Below, one piece after another: positions 36,676 through 48,924 of a stretch of DNA of 50,706 bases. Origin of the DNA: Octopus bimaculoides (taxonomy: Eukaryota). Position numbers and translations under genes: made by a program. The notes beneath the pieces were generated by a model. It worked only from the letters and a program-made list of their open reading frames with translations. It was not told where the DNA came from and did not search any database. The DNA lies in NCBI RefSeq assembly GCF_001194135.2, contig NC_068991.1:49697031-49747736 (forward strand). The letters run 5' to 3'. Every line of letters begins with the position of its first letter. The first letter of the stretch is position 1.

Positions 36676-36707
36676 GCATATGGCATAGTGGTTAAGANNN
36701 NNNNNNN

Positions 36708-36738
<31 letters not shown>

Positions 36739-36795
36739 GTAATAATAATAATAATAATATTAATAATAATAATAGTAATAATAATAATAATAATA

Positions 36796-36835
<40 letters not shown>

Positions 36836-36836
36836 C

Positions 36837-36874
<38 letters not shown>

Positions 36875-37066
36875 CAATAATAACATCGAAAAATGCCTTA
36901 GGAATAAGAACCCAGGTTCGAAATTTCCCCAAGACACCTGATGAAGGTTGGAGGGTATATCAGCCGAAACGTTGTGTTAACAGCAAACAAGATGAGGACA
37001 AATAGCCATCAAATGTAAATAACGTAAATAATGTACATAATTCCTCATCTCTTAAATATAGAACTG
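36676..37066 (+). mobile_element. tRNA-headed (AAT)n element, right arm, carrying a hammerhead
   Basis: GCATATGGCATAGTGGTTAAGA, a 10-N gap, a long (AAT)n, AATAACATCGAAAAATGCCTT, the HHR and an AT-rich tail. Confidence 0.7.
36933..36978 (+). ncRNA. Minimal type I hammerhead ribozyme, full core consensus
   Basis: GACAC-CTGATGA-A-GGTTG(GAGGGTATAT)CAGCC-GAA-ACGT-T-GTGTT. Stem I is 5 bp, stem II 5 bp, stem III is the palindrome ACGT, and the site is GUU (predicted cleavage after 36973). Confidence 0.8.
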
Positions 37067-37084
37067 AACAACAAAGTATAAATG

Positions 37085-37290
37085 AACAGGGAGACAAACT
37101 GGGTGTAAGGGGAATCAATTCTAGCATGTAAGAGAGGTTTCTGTGCTAGTAATAGGCATGTGATGTGAATGGAGAATGCAGCTGCATAAGCAAATGTCAA
37201 ACACTCAAAGTGAATGCTACATGTGGGAGAGGGAGACCAAGGAAGACACGTGATGATGTGATATGACAGTACTGAGGAAGACCTGACTTC
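37085..37290 (+). mobile_element. RTE LINE ORF2 C-terminal fragment, heavily decayed
   Basis: DKLGVRGI..KVNATCGRGRPRKT, similar to 45105-45390. Confidence 0.6.
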
Positions 37291-37496
37291 CTGTTGAAGC
37301 TTAGTGCAGGCACCCCTCCCTTTACCTATTCTGTACTCTCTAGGTACACATCCCTACACCTGTTGTTCTTTCCATACCCTCTCATCCCACAACTATCTAC
37401 TTTTACTGCTATGTCTTTTCTCCACCCTCTCTTCTCCTCTACTTAATGTGCTTTGACACCAAGAATTGAAAAAAAAATACTTGATTTGTGCATATA

Positions 37497-37907
37497 GGCA
37501 CAGGAGTGGCTGTGTGGTAAGTAGCTTGCTTACCAACCACATGGTCCCGGGTTCAGTCCCACTGCGTGGCATCTTGGGTAAGTGTCTTCTACTATAGCCT
37601 CGGGCCTACCAAAGCCTTGTGAGTGGATTTGGTAGACGGAAACTGAAAGAAGCCCGTCGTATATATGTATATATATATATATATATATGTATGTGTTTGT
37701 GTGTCTGTGTTTGTCCCCCACAACATCGCTTGACAACTGATGCTGGTGTGTTTATGTCCCCGTAACTAAGCGGTTCGGCAAAAGAGACCGATAGAATAAG
37801 TACTAGGCTTCTAAAGAATAAGTCCTGGGGTCAATTTGCTCGACTAAAGGTGGTGCTCCAGCATGGCCACAGTCAAAAGACTGAAACAAGTAAAAGAGTA
37901 AAGAGTA
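37497..37907 (+). mobile_element. Octopus-type tRNA SINE, full length
   Basis: Matches 7260-7675 end to end. Confidence 0.92.
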
Positions 37908-40429
37908 TAGAATATTTCCCTTCTCCACACCTCCACCACCTATATACTGCCAGCCTTTCTTCCAACCAAATCATGTGATGCTTCATTGGGGAGGGGTTGC
38001 ATACTGACTACTTTTACCCACCTTCGCTGATGCTTCTGTCTCCATGCTTTCTTGGACATGTTACCTTGAGGATATGTCCTTCCCCATCATCATCTTATTT
38101 ATCTTTGCCCTACACCACTCTACACATCTGTAGATAATGCGGGGTAGTGCTGCATCTCTTCCCACTCAACACCCTCATCTTACTTCCTCACTGCCCTTAT
38201 CACTCTAACCCTCACGAATATCCTGTCGCTATCTTTCCCTTTTACCTCTCCCTCCTTCATGCAGTTCTTAATCCACCCATATATACCATTAAGCAACATT
38301 TCACATCCCCCTACTTAATCTTCTCCACAACCGAATCACTTCAACTGGTGATTGCTTCAGCTCCACAGATAATTGCTGTCTCTTTGTGCTTCTTCATTGT
38401 CAATGATATTTCTGACTTTCCATCCATGACTTTTCAGATAACTATTCAGTCTTTTGCTGCTTTTTAACTGTGTGCTTCTGCTCACATTGTCACTCTTCTA
38501 TTGCCGCAGGGCTTTCAGGAGATGGAATGAAAACTGACAAATGAGGTCACCATAATGAGTCATATGTACATCAGTAGATTATTGTGATGAATGCTTGTAC
38601 AATATGAGTACCACTCTGAGTCTCCTTGATTAGTACTGAGTAACAAGCCAAAGTGAGATGACCAGTAATCACATGAAACTGCAGGTTTTACATAAGAGTG
38701 TACTCTCCTAGAAAGATGCTGTGACAACATCTAAGGATACCTTCATTCTTGGTGGTTTTTATTAACAAACTAAATGATCCATAGCTGGGACCTTGACAAG
38801 TGTCAAAGAAAACTTGGAAACAATAGTGGTTAAGAGGTGATTCCATACTCTTCAAAACTCTGGAACTCGTTAACCAGGGCCCGGTCATTGGATTCAGTCT
38901 AAAGTCATACACAGTACATTACTTACATACATACAATTATATAGGCACAGATGCTACTTTTCACTACTTTCCTATTGACTCCTCAACATATTATCAAATC
39001 AGGGAAACAGGATAATAGTGTGTGTGTGTGTGTGTGTGTAGGGACAAGAGACTGAAAAATCCTTTCTGACAAACAGCAAATGGTAGGGTAGTTCAAAACC
39101 ACCACTGCTATAAGTTTCAAGAAGGTGTCCTCATTCTCCATCCTCCAAGCAAAATTAAAGCTGAACAACAGGAGATACATTAAAGTGTTAACCTTGTTTT
39201 CCAGTACATTACCTATTTTGTCATATACCCCAGAGGAAGAGAAATGCTTTGACCATGCAGTTAAAAGGACTTGAACTTCAAGATAGAGTCAGTTGGTAGT
39301 TGGTCTTTTATATTGATGAGGGTAACAGTTATTCTGAAAAGCAGGACAACCATTTATTGATAAACAATTTTCTTTATTTTTTTGTAATTCCTTAGCTGTA
39401 TTACAGAATGAGAGAGGAAAAAACGTAAGTGAAATGTATAAATTTCGAGTTAAAAACAAGTGGTCGGAGGTTAATGGGAAAGGAATAAAGTGGAAATGCA
39501 TTTTGAAATGCATGCATGCACAAATGATTACGACTAACTATCTCAATCGGAGATGTTAGACAAACTACTTTGTTGTATTTAGTTACGATCCTTCATGTTC
39601 TCAGTTCAAATCTTATCGAGACCAGCTTTGCCTTTTGCTCTTCTTTAAAAGGAAAAAAATAATAATAAAGTACCAGGCAAGAACTATGGTCGATTTAATA
39701 TTCTTATATAACATCCTTAATGTTAATGGAATTGTGATAGAGGACGGGTGCCTAATGAAACTAGAAATGGTGATTTTTAATGTAACCATTCATTTATTAT
39801 TGTTGATGATTGTTCAGAGACAACAGTTATTAAAACAACCTTGAATTATATCATCAACAGCAGTAGTATCTTCGTCATCATCATAAGCAGCGCCAACAGT
39901 ATCAACAACAACGTCACCGATGACTAAATCAGTCAAAACAGTCGCAACAATAATAATTATTATTATAGACAACAGTAATATAATGTTGCGACCTTCATGC
40001 TGTTCCAAGAGCATTTGCATTATAGCAGAAACGGCTCCAGCTGAGATATTAAAATCACATCGTTAAGTTGGTTTAGGTCGACGTAAGACCGAACGTCTAC
40101 TTCTCTGTTAATTGCAAAGATTGGAATATTAGCAACTGATAATTAATGACGGTAACGACAATGATATTAATGATGATAGATCCGTAATTAGGAAACGATT
40201 TTATTGCAAAAGAGAGTAGATTCCAGTCAAGGTTGTAATAATAGCAGTTCACTTAATAATAATGCAATAACTGTTGCGGTTTAGCCCCAAGTCTGGTGCA
40301 AACTGAGGGTAGACTTTGATTATTTCTAGCAGATTGAACGATTACGAACAGGTTCCCTCGTAACTGCGGCTGTTGTTGCTGTTATTATTACTGCGATTAT
40401 TATTGTTGTTATTATTGTAGCAGCTATAA

Positions 40430-40455
40430 ATCGCAGTTATTATTATTGTTGTTGC

Positions 40456-40502
<47 letters not shown>

Positions 40503-40520
40503 ATCATCATCATCATCGTC
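40430..40520. repeat. (ATT)n/(CAT)n trinucleotide microsatellite
   Basis: Direct reading. Confidence 0.95.
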
Positions 40521-40690
40521 ATCATAGTTTTGGTTGTTGTTATTGCTATTACAGTTATTACTGCTCCAGTTGTTGGGTTTGTTTCCCCTTGACTCTTGTT
40601 ATTTCCACTTGTTCCTCCCACCACCGTACTAACGTCTCTCTCACCAACACTAAACCGCCATCATCACTTCTCTCTCTCTCCGTGCTTTAG

Positions 40691-40823
40691 CTCGCTTCCT
40701 TCATGGAGATTGCCAGCTCTTGCACATCTGTGGACAGTGTCGACAATGAGAGTCAGTATGGAGATGCTGCAACAACCGGGCATCAACAATGCAAAGGGAC
40801 CGTTACGCACGAGTTGCGCAATG
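40691..40823 (+). CDS. Candidate spliceosomal exon of an unidentified host gene
   Basis: Polypyrimidine tract TCTCTCTCTCTCCGTGCTTTAG, 133 nt open as LASFMEIASSCTSVDSVDNESQYGDAATTGHQQCKGTVTHELRN (ATG at 40703), and a consensus donor G|GTGAGT. It is unique, non-repetitive sequence with no recognisable homology. Confidence 0.5.
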
Positions 40824-41119
40824 GTGAGTAATAAAATGTTTAATTAATAACGCTATGTGCTTGCACCAAGTCTTCTAACGTGTGTTTATTATTGGCTCTG
40901 AAGTTGTGTAGCGATAAATAGGAGGAAGAAATACTCGATTGTATGAAATATGAAGTCACTGAGAGAAAGATGTTTATTCTCGATCTCGTTACAGACGTAT
41001 ACAGGCTTATACAAAGATAGGGAACCAGAAGACAACTGTTATGCGTGTTAGTATGTCTGGGATCACCATTCATTTGTTTTTTTCTATTATAATTCAATTT
41101 ACGTCTAGGATGTTTTATA

Positions 41120-41235
41120 AGATTATTTAATCGACTTGTACTTTATTTTATCAACCTTGGCGGGATTTGAACCCAGAACATAAAGGGCCGTAACTAAGTA
41201 CTGCGAGACATTTTATTCACCGACCCTTCAGTTTG
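41120..41235 (-). mobile_element. Diverged tRNA-derived SINE head fragment
   Basis: Minus strand has GTTCTGGGTTCAAATCCCGCCAAGGTTGATAAAATAAAGTAC, i.e. a B box plus a Meta-like body start. Confidence 0.5.
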
Positions 41236-42674
41236 TCAACCGCTGTCTTCTACACATACGCACACACACATACTATATGTGATTATATATATAGATAGAT
41301 AGACAGACGGACAGTGAAAGGTAGATTGATAGATAGATAGATAGACAGATGTATATATGAGAGAGACAGAGAGAGACGGAAAGAAACAGAACGAATGCGG
41401 ACGGAGCAACCCTTTATATGAGATTAGATTGATTGAGTTAGTGTGTGGTGATGACTGAGCAGAAAAGTAAATTAGTAGAGGAGCTTTTATCCCAGGAGAA
41501 CTTTGCTGATTATTTGCAGTCATTAAATAACGCATTATTTTCCCATTTTTGTGTCATATCTTTAGTTTCATTGAATAATCAGTGTCGGAATGTTCTGAGA
41601 CATTTCCGTGTCACACACACACGCATACACGCATACACATACACTGTTGATTAGGAACAATTGTGTCAATCTAGTCGTCATCTGTTGATTTTTTTAATTC
41701 CCATTGATCGTCTCTGCTGTAGAATAGTTTTGGTATTTTGATTAAATGCAGCATTACACAATACTTAAAAATATCTACATAGAGTTTTATAAAGATACAT
41801 TTGAATGATTAAGAAATATGTTTTTCATGACAAAATAACAAATTTAAGAGATTCATTTTCGATTTAAAGTTCAAAAGTCGAAACAATTTTTTTACTATTA
41901 CATTGTTATTAATTTCGTCTTAAAAAAAGAAATGTTTGACCGCTAATGAAAATTATTTTGAGTCATTCGGGATTGTAGGTTGCTTTGGTGTGAAAAAACT
42001 TGAGGACAATTCCATTGACAACCCTAACCTGAAAACCCAGATTATGTTAACTTACTATCACAACAAACAAGTTTATTTTTTCTCTCGCCGATGACGGAGA
42101 TAGCTTGTGATTTTCCTCGTATCAGAATATAGTTTAAAAAAAAAGTAAAAACAATACGTACACACATGCTCTATGGTTTTCATTTAAGGCAACTCAAGTT
42201 TTTTGAAATTTTAAAAATATTTTTCTTGAGTTTACAACACAAGTAAGAAATAATGCACATTGATATCTCGTTGGTACTAATTGGCTCTCTTGTTAATAAA
42301 TGATGTACCAACTAATTTTGAAACCGTCTTTCGTCCACTATTGCTTCCAACCATATCGTTTCCGTCTCTTTCTCTTTCGTGACTTCGAAATATGAAAATA
42401 CGTTTCTATTGAAAAGACTAGTATTGGACAGCTTCATGAACATATACAGGGCTGTGTGTGCGCGCCCATATACACACGCATACATATATATGTGTGCGTT
42501 TAACTCCTGGTCAGTCCTAATTGACAGCAGATCTGTGATTGAAGGTGTTCAAGATGACTGTTCTGGTATTTTTATAGACATTGTGTATAGGAGACTGCAT
42601 TATTCACTGTCGTCCAGTGTGATTTGAAGATGCTTTGGATGCAGTTTCTTGAAAGACGGGAGATACATATATTT

Positions 42675-43040
42675 TTCTTTTGTTTCAGTCATTAGATTGC
42701 GGCGATGCTGGGGCACCGCCTAGAAGAATTCTCAGTCGAACGAATCGACCCCAGTACTTATTTTTTTTTAAACCTGGTATTTTTTTTATCGGAATTCTTT
42801 TGCCGAACCGCTACTTTAAGCGGACGTAGACACACCAACACCTGTTGTCAAGCGGTGGTGGAGGAAAAACCCTAAAGGCGCGCACACACGCACATATACA
42901 CAGCCGGCTTCTTTCAGTTTCCGTCTATCAAATCCACTCTTGAGGCTTTGTTTGGCTCAAGGCCATAGAGAAAGACACTTGCTCAAGGTGCTTTGCAGTG
43001 GGACTGTACTCAAAACCTTGTGGGTGAGAAGCATGCTTTT
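42675..43040 (-). mobile_element. Octopus-type tRNA SINE, diverged
   Basis: Reverse-complement similarity to 7260-7675 over the body and head. Confidence 0.8.
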
Positions 43041-43789
43041 TTATTTCACTATTTTTGCCATAAAGGCATTACATAGAGGGGTCACTACAACACATGTGGG
43101 GACATATAACAATAAAAAATTTATAAAAATAAAATGATATTATGAATGACACNNNNNNNNNNNNNNNNNNNNNNNNNNNNNNNNNNNNNNNNNNNNNNNN
43201 NNNNNNNNNNNNNNNNNNNNNNNNNNNNNNNNNNNNNNNNNNNNNNNNNNNNNNNNNNNNNNNNNNNNNNNNNNNNNNNNNNNNNNNNNNNNNNNNNNNN
43301 NNNNNNNNNNNNNNNNNNNNNNNNNNNNNNNNNNNNNNNNNNNNNNNNNNNNNNNNNNNNNNNNNNNNNNNNNNNNNNNNNNNNNNNNNNNNNNNNNNNN
43401 NNNNNNNNNNNNNNNNNNNNNNNNNNNNNNNNNNNNNNNNNNNNNNNNNNNNNNNNNNNNNNNNNNNNNNNNNNNNNNNNNNNNNNNNNNNNNNNNNNNN
43501 NNNNNNNNNNNNNNNNNNNNNNNNNNNNNNNNNNNNNNNNNNNNNNNNNNNNNNNNNNNNNNNNNNNNNNNNNNNNNNNNNNNNNNNNNNNNNNNNNNNN
43601 NNNNNNNNNNNNNNNNNNNNNNNNNNNNNNNNNNNNNNNNNNNNNNNNNNNNNNNNNNNNNNNNNNNNNNNNNNNNNNNNNNNNNNNNNNNNNNNNNNNN
43701 NNNNNNNNNNNNNNNNNNNNNNNNNNNNNNNNNNNNNNNNNNNNNNNNNNNNNNNNNNNNNNNNNNNNNNNNCCACATCACACTCAGTG

Positions 43790-45000
43790 TTCTTTCTTTT
43801 TTTTTCTCTTCTTCCTTCTACTCTCTGTTACTCTCCATTCTTCCTCCTTATCTCTGTCTGTCTTTTCTTCCTCTCTTTTCTCTTCCGTCTCCACAACTGT
43901 TTCCTCTGCTATTGTCCTTGGTAGAAGGCAGTATGCTCTAATGTAGCCCTTTTGGCCACATTTAAAACAATGTGGTACTCTACCCACGCTCTCGGCACAA
44001 TTTCCCCCAACATCACCGTCTCTGCCAAACTCTCCAGTTGTTCCTCCTCTGCCTGTAAAATTAGTTCTAGTGTCTTCCTTTTCCACCCTACTTCCGTGTC
44101 TGTGACTTGAAGGACAGCCACCTTCTCGCTTCCAGCAAGGACAGCTGCTGCCACCCAAGTCACTTCTATATCAGGTGGGATTGCTTCTACCCTTACTTTG
44201 GAAGTTTTTCTTTTAAGGTATGTGGGCAGAAGCACTACTTCCTCTGTTTTCATTGCCACACTTGCCAGTATCCTCACCTCCTCTACTCTAAATTGGACGA
44301 CCGTTGTCCCATATTTCCTTCCTTTAGTTATGTATCTTATTTCCTTTGACTGCTCCCTTAGCGCCTTTTCCATTTCAGCTTCCACCTGCTCGGCCTTTTT
44401 TCCTTTTAACAAGAACACCTTATAGGTGATCGTTTTTCTCTCCACCCGCTCCNNNNNNNNNNNNNNNNNNNNNNNNNNNNNNNNNNNNNNNNNNNNNNNN
44501 NNNNNNNNNNNNNNNNNNNNNNNNNNNNNNNNNNNNNNNNNNNNNNNNNNNNNNNNNNNNNNNNNNNNNNNNNNNNNNNNNNNNNNNNNNNNNNNNNNNN
44601 NNNNNNNNNNNNNNNNNNNNNNNNNNNNNNNNNNNNNNNNNNNNNNNNNNNNNNNNNNNNNNNNNNNNNNNNNNNNNNNNNNNNNNNNNNNNNNNNNNNN
44701 NNNNNNNNNNNNNNNNNNNNNNNNNNNNNNNNNNNNNNNNNNNNNNNNNNNNNNNNNNNNNNNNNNNNNNNNNNNNNTTCCTTGGGGGGGGGGGCGACAA
44801 CCTCACGTCACCACCCACCTTCTGTACCATTTTCTCATACTCCTTCAGACCAGCCAAGTCCATCTCCCTTCGCTTCATCTCTGTGGCCTCAGCAAAACTC
44901 CTTGTCTTTTCCAACACTCTGTCCATCTTTATGACTGCCCTTACCAGCTCTTCCTCTGCTGAAGACAACTCAGACCCACTAAGGTCTGAATACATTTTCT
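43790..45000 (-). pseudogene. L1/Tx1-like (gag-like) ORF1 remnant with zinc knuckle
   Basis: Frameshifted ORF: charged N-terminus, polyproline stretch, RRM-like segment (KYGTTVVQF..KVRVEAIPPDI), CFKCGQKGYIRAYC (CX2CX4[H>Y]X4C), then an E/K/R-rich tail. A gap interrupts it. Confidence 0.55.
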
Positions 45001-45104
45001 AAACAACATGAAAAAACCGCCTGACTCTCAACAAATTCACACAACAACTACCGGACACTGCATGTATGGAAGCATGCTTCTTACCATACAGCCACACCCA
45101 TGCC

Positions 45105-45662
45105 TATATATATAGTGTTTTGAGAGAGAAGTTAGGCTTAAGAAGAATTAGTTGCTGTGTGCAGGAGAGAAGACTGCGCTGGTTTTGTCATGTGATGTGG
45201 ATGGATGCCAGCAATAAAGAAGTGCTAATCTCTCAAAGTAGATCGAACACGTAGAAGTGGGAGATTCAGAAAGACATAGGGTGAAATACTGAAGAACGAC
45301 CTCAGGATGCTGAACCTTTCAAGCGAGATGACAAAGGACCAAGATGTCTGGTGCCTTGCTGTGCTCGGGAAGACTCGTACTCTACAGCAGAAGTATTAAG
45401 ACCAGTCCCTCTGGTGGTGTAAAGCACTCATGGTGGTGTCACGTAAAAGTGCCCATTTCTAGCCATGTAAAAGCATCTATGTGGAGCCATGTAAAAGCAC
45501 CCAGCACACTCTGTGAAGTGGTTGGCGTTAGGAAGGGCATCTAGTCATAGAAACCATGTCAAATCAGACAGGTGTCTGCTGCAGCTCCCCAGCTTGCCAG
45601 CTCTGGTGAAACCATCCAACTCATGCCAGCATGGCCAATGGATGTTCAATGATCATGATGAT
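45105..45662 (+). mobile_element. RTE LINE 3' end (ORF2 C-terminus + 3' UTR + (GAT)n tail)
   Basis: SVLREKLGLRRISCCVQERRLRWFCHVMWMD (RTE 'RRLRW.GHV.RM'), followed by a UTR ending GATCATGATGAT. Confidence 0.8.
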
Positions 45663-45712
45663 ATATTTGTGTGTGTATATATGTATGCACATACAGGCAT
45701 TATATATATGTA

Positions 45713-45744
<32 letters not shown>

Positions 45745-46309
45745 NNNNNNNNNNNNNNNNNNNNNNNNNNNNNNNNNNNNNNNNNNNNNNNNNNNNNNNN
45801 NNNNNNNNNNNNNNNNNNNNNNNNNNNNNNNNNNNNNNNNNNNNNNNNNNNNNNNNNNNNNNNNNNNNNNNNNNNNNNNNNNNNNNNNNNNNNNNNNNNN
45901 NNNNNNNNNNNNNNNNNNNNNNNNNNNNNNNNNNNNNNNNNNNNNNNNNNNNNNNNNNNNNNNNNNNNNNNNNNNNNNNNNNNNNNNNNNNNNNNNNNNN
46001 NNNNNNNNNNNNNNNNNNNNNNNNNNNNNNNNNNNCCCCCCCAAAGGAAACAACTCTACAAACACACCCACAGACAGAATTTCTCACATATGTAGTAGAT
46101 ACATGTGTCCGTGTGTATGTGGATATGCGTTTATGTATGTACTCATACATATGTTTGTGTGTGTATGTGCATGTATGTATACATGTTTGTGTTAGTGTGC
46201 ATGTATGTAGACGTGAACACAGGAGGTTTATGTTTATGTATTGTGAAAATATGGTTGCATGAATTTTTTATCTTTTTTCCTTTTTATTTTTCTCCCTGTT
46301 AGAGTAATT

Positions 46310-46620
46310 TCCCTTTTATTCAATGGTTTTTCATAGTTTCATTGTTGCAATCTTCTTGGCATAGCATCAATGAACTGCCTGGAGTTCTGCTATTAATTTG
46401 ACACTGTGGAGTAACCATTAGTTGAGAGCAGTAGTCTAGACAGGTGAGGATAAGTGTCCTCCATAGGACCAGCATAATTTTCTGGCTCCTTGTTCTGAAA
46501 GTTCTCAGAATCCACCTGGCCATTTGCCTACACAATACCACCACCTTGGTGACATGTACAAGAAACAAGGCATCATTGCTTGTATCAATCCTCAAGTCAT
46601 GCACTGTGTTAGACTCAGAG
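46310..46620 (-). mobile_element. CR1-group LINE RT C-terminal fragment
   Basis: WILRTFRTRSQKIMLVLWRTLILTCLDYCSQL, the same family as 11123-11655. Confidence 0.75.
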
Positions 46621-47335
46621 ATTGCCACTTCTTTTGGAGTGATAAAACTTAATCAATATAAATCAGAAAGCTAATAAAATACACCAAATAGGAAACTCTA
46701 GTTAGAATGTCTCAACAAAAATGAAGATATATCTGCATGCAGAATGTGTATTTCTGACTTCATTTGTGCACCTGTGAGGAAAAAGAATTGAGAATGACAG
46801 TGAGCAAGATAATTGTGTTTTAATTCCATTGCAGACAGGCATGGAATCCAATAGAATGTAAGATGATATCTGAAGAGAAGCCAAATTTTAGACTATAAGA
46901 AGCAATAAAACTGGCACAAAAGGTAAAGAAAAGGCTTCTAGATTATTCTACAGCTTTTGTGTGAATAAATGGAATGGCTATCAGCTTGGTCTGCATAAAA
47001 CCAGGTCATCAAATTATGACACAATGTTATTGAGTGGAAATTAACATAGAACACCTGATTGGTTAGGGATTTAGCAAATGCAGATAGCTTAGTCTAAAAA
47101 GTAAACTACTGGCAAGTCAACATTTTGTTTTCACATGAGAAGTTTCGAGTTCATTTTCAGAGGAAATGACCTGCTACATTGTGTGTGTATGTGTGGATAA
47201 CGTCATGAAGAAATTAACCAATAATGTCTTTGGCCAGATGGTAGATGGACTGGATGCCATCCAAATACACTTGAATGTATATGCAATTTAGTACTGCACT
47301 TCAGTATATTTACTCAATATATATACTTCAATATA

Positions 47336-48561
47336 TTGGGTCATCCCATAAATAATTCATTTTTTTTATACTTCTTTTATTTTTCAAAATTAAGATAAGC
47401 AAAGTTCTTTTTTAATCTAAAATATACTCTCCTTCATTTTCTACAATGCTCTTCCATCTATCTGGTAGACTTGCAAGATCCCTCTTCCACAATTCACTTG
47501 TCCGTGATAAAAAATACTACTCCAATATTGTTCTGATCTAATCTACAGAATTTGTATTTTTTCTGTTCAAGTGATTTTGAAAATTGTAGAATAAATGATA
47601 ATCAGATGGTGCAATGTCTGGTGAATATGGTGGGTGGGGCATCATTTCCCATTCAATCTGCTCCAGTTTTTGGAATGTCATCCTCACTGTATGTAGCCGA
47701 GCATTATCCTGATGGAAGAACACCTTTTGTCTTGAAATCAAAAATGGTAGTTTTTCTTCTAGCGCTAACTTCAGCTGCTCAAGCTGCTCGCAGTAGATTT
47801 TTGTTATCATTTGGTTTGGGTTTAAAAGTTCAAAGTGGACTGAACCTTTCATATCCCTCCTTCTTTAGCCTGGAGTACTGGTGTTTCTCCTTTCCATTTC
47901 TTGTCACCAGTCATTATTTGGTTCAAAAAAGGTTTATTCGTGAGTCATGACAGCAAAGAGTAACACACATTCACTCTCTATGCGCAATTAGACTTGGAAA
48001 GTTTGTGAGGAACCCATTGACCTAATTTGCTGACTTTTCTGTTGGCACACAGGTGTTGATGAATGGTTGAATGACCAAATACAAGCTTCTCTGCTAGTTC
48101 CTCAACAGTTACCATGGGATTTTGTTCCATCAGGGTTTGCAAGATGTCCTTGTCAAACTGTACAGATCTTCCAAGATGAGGCTTGTCTTCTAGGCTGTAG
48201 TTTCCAGCTCAGAATTTCTGGAACCACCATTGACACTGGTTTATACTTTTTGTCCAATCCCTATATACTGCATTAATATTCCTCACACTTTCTGTTGCGT
48301 TGTTGCTTTTATTGAACTCATAAAGCAAAATATGCCGAATATGCTCCTTTGTCACTTCCATTATAGCTTTGAGAAAATAACTGTTAAAATCGAACTGCAC
48401 TCTTCAAAACTTGCATTTTTAAATTTTAAACTTGAATTTTGAAACTTGCATTTCACAACACAAGGTAAAATTTCTACCTGCTTTTATAGTAAGTTGATGC
48501 AGGCAGTTTATCCCATCTGCCTTCAATTTTTAGTTCATGCATTATTTATGGGATAACCCAA
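47336..48561 (-). mobile_element. Full-length decayed mariner (DD34D), 1226 bp
   Basis: TIRs TTGGGTCATCCCATAAATAA / TTATTTATGGGATAACCCAA with TA on both sides. Transposase MEVTKEHIRHILLYEF..; HQDNAR..PHPPYSPDIAPSDYHLF, with 34 residues between the D residues. Confidence 0.92.
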
Positions 48562-48710
48562 TATATACTCACACATCTACACAATTCAGCTCCTACCATT
48601 ACACATGCATTGTGCACTGTACTTTCATGTATATAGGATCTTGTATCACATCTACCTACCTATGCACTTCTTTTCATGCACACCTTAAAAACTACACGAC
48701 TGATCTCATA

Positions 48711-48924
48711 TATGATGGGGTGCTGAAAAGTTCCTGGCTTTAAGGATATCATTAAAGGCCAGGCTGGAGGCCCAACCTTCTGAGTTCTTTCACGGGGCTT
48801 AGAAAAACTGAAGGACCACTGCAAAAAGTGTGTGAATCTGAGAGAGGAATATGTTGAATAAAATCATGACTGATTTCCTGTATTTCCTTTCACCCAAACC
48901 CAGAAATTTTTCAGCATCTTGTCA
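48711..48924 (+). mobile_element. Internally deleted mariner derivative (MITE)
   Basis: The left end TATGATGGGGTGCTGAAAAGTTCCTGG and right end CCAGAAATTTTTCAGCATC are imperfect inverted repeats. It retains the last codons GLEKLKDHCKKCVNLR.EYVE*. Confidence 0.65.

Noticed and set aside
37930-38520. Possible minus-strand LINE coding remnant
   Set aside because: Too decayed to recover a diagnostic motif by eye.
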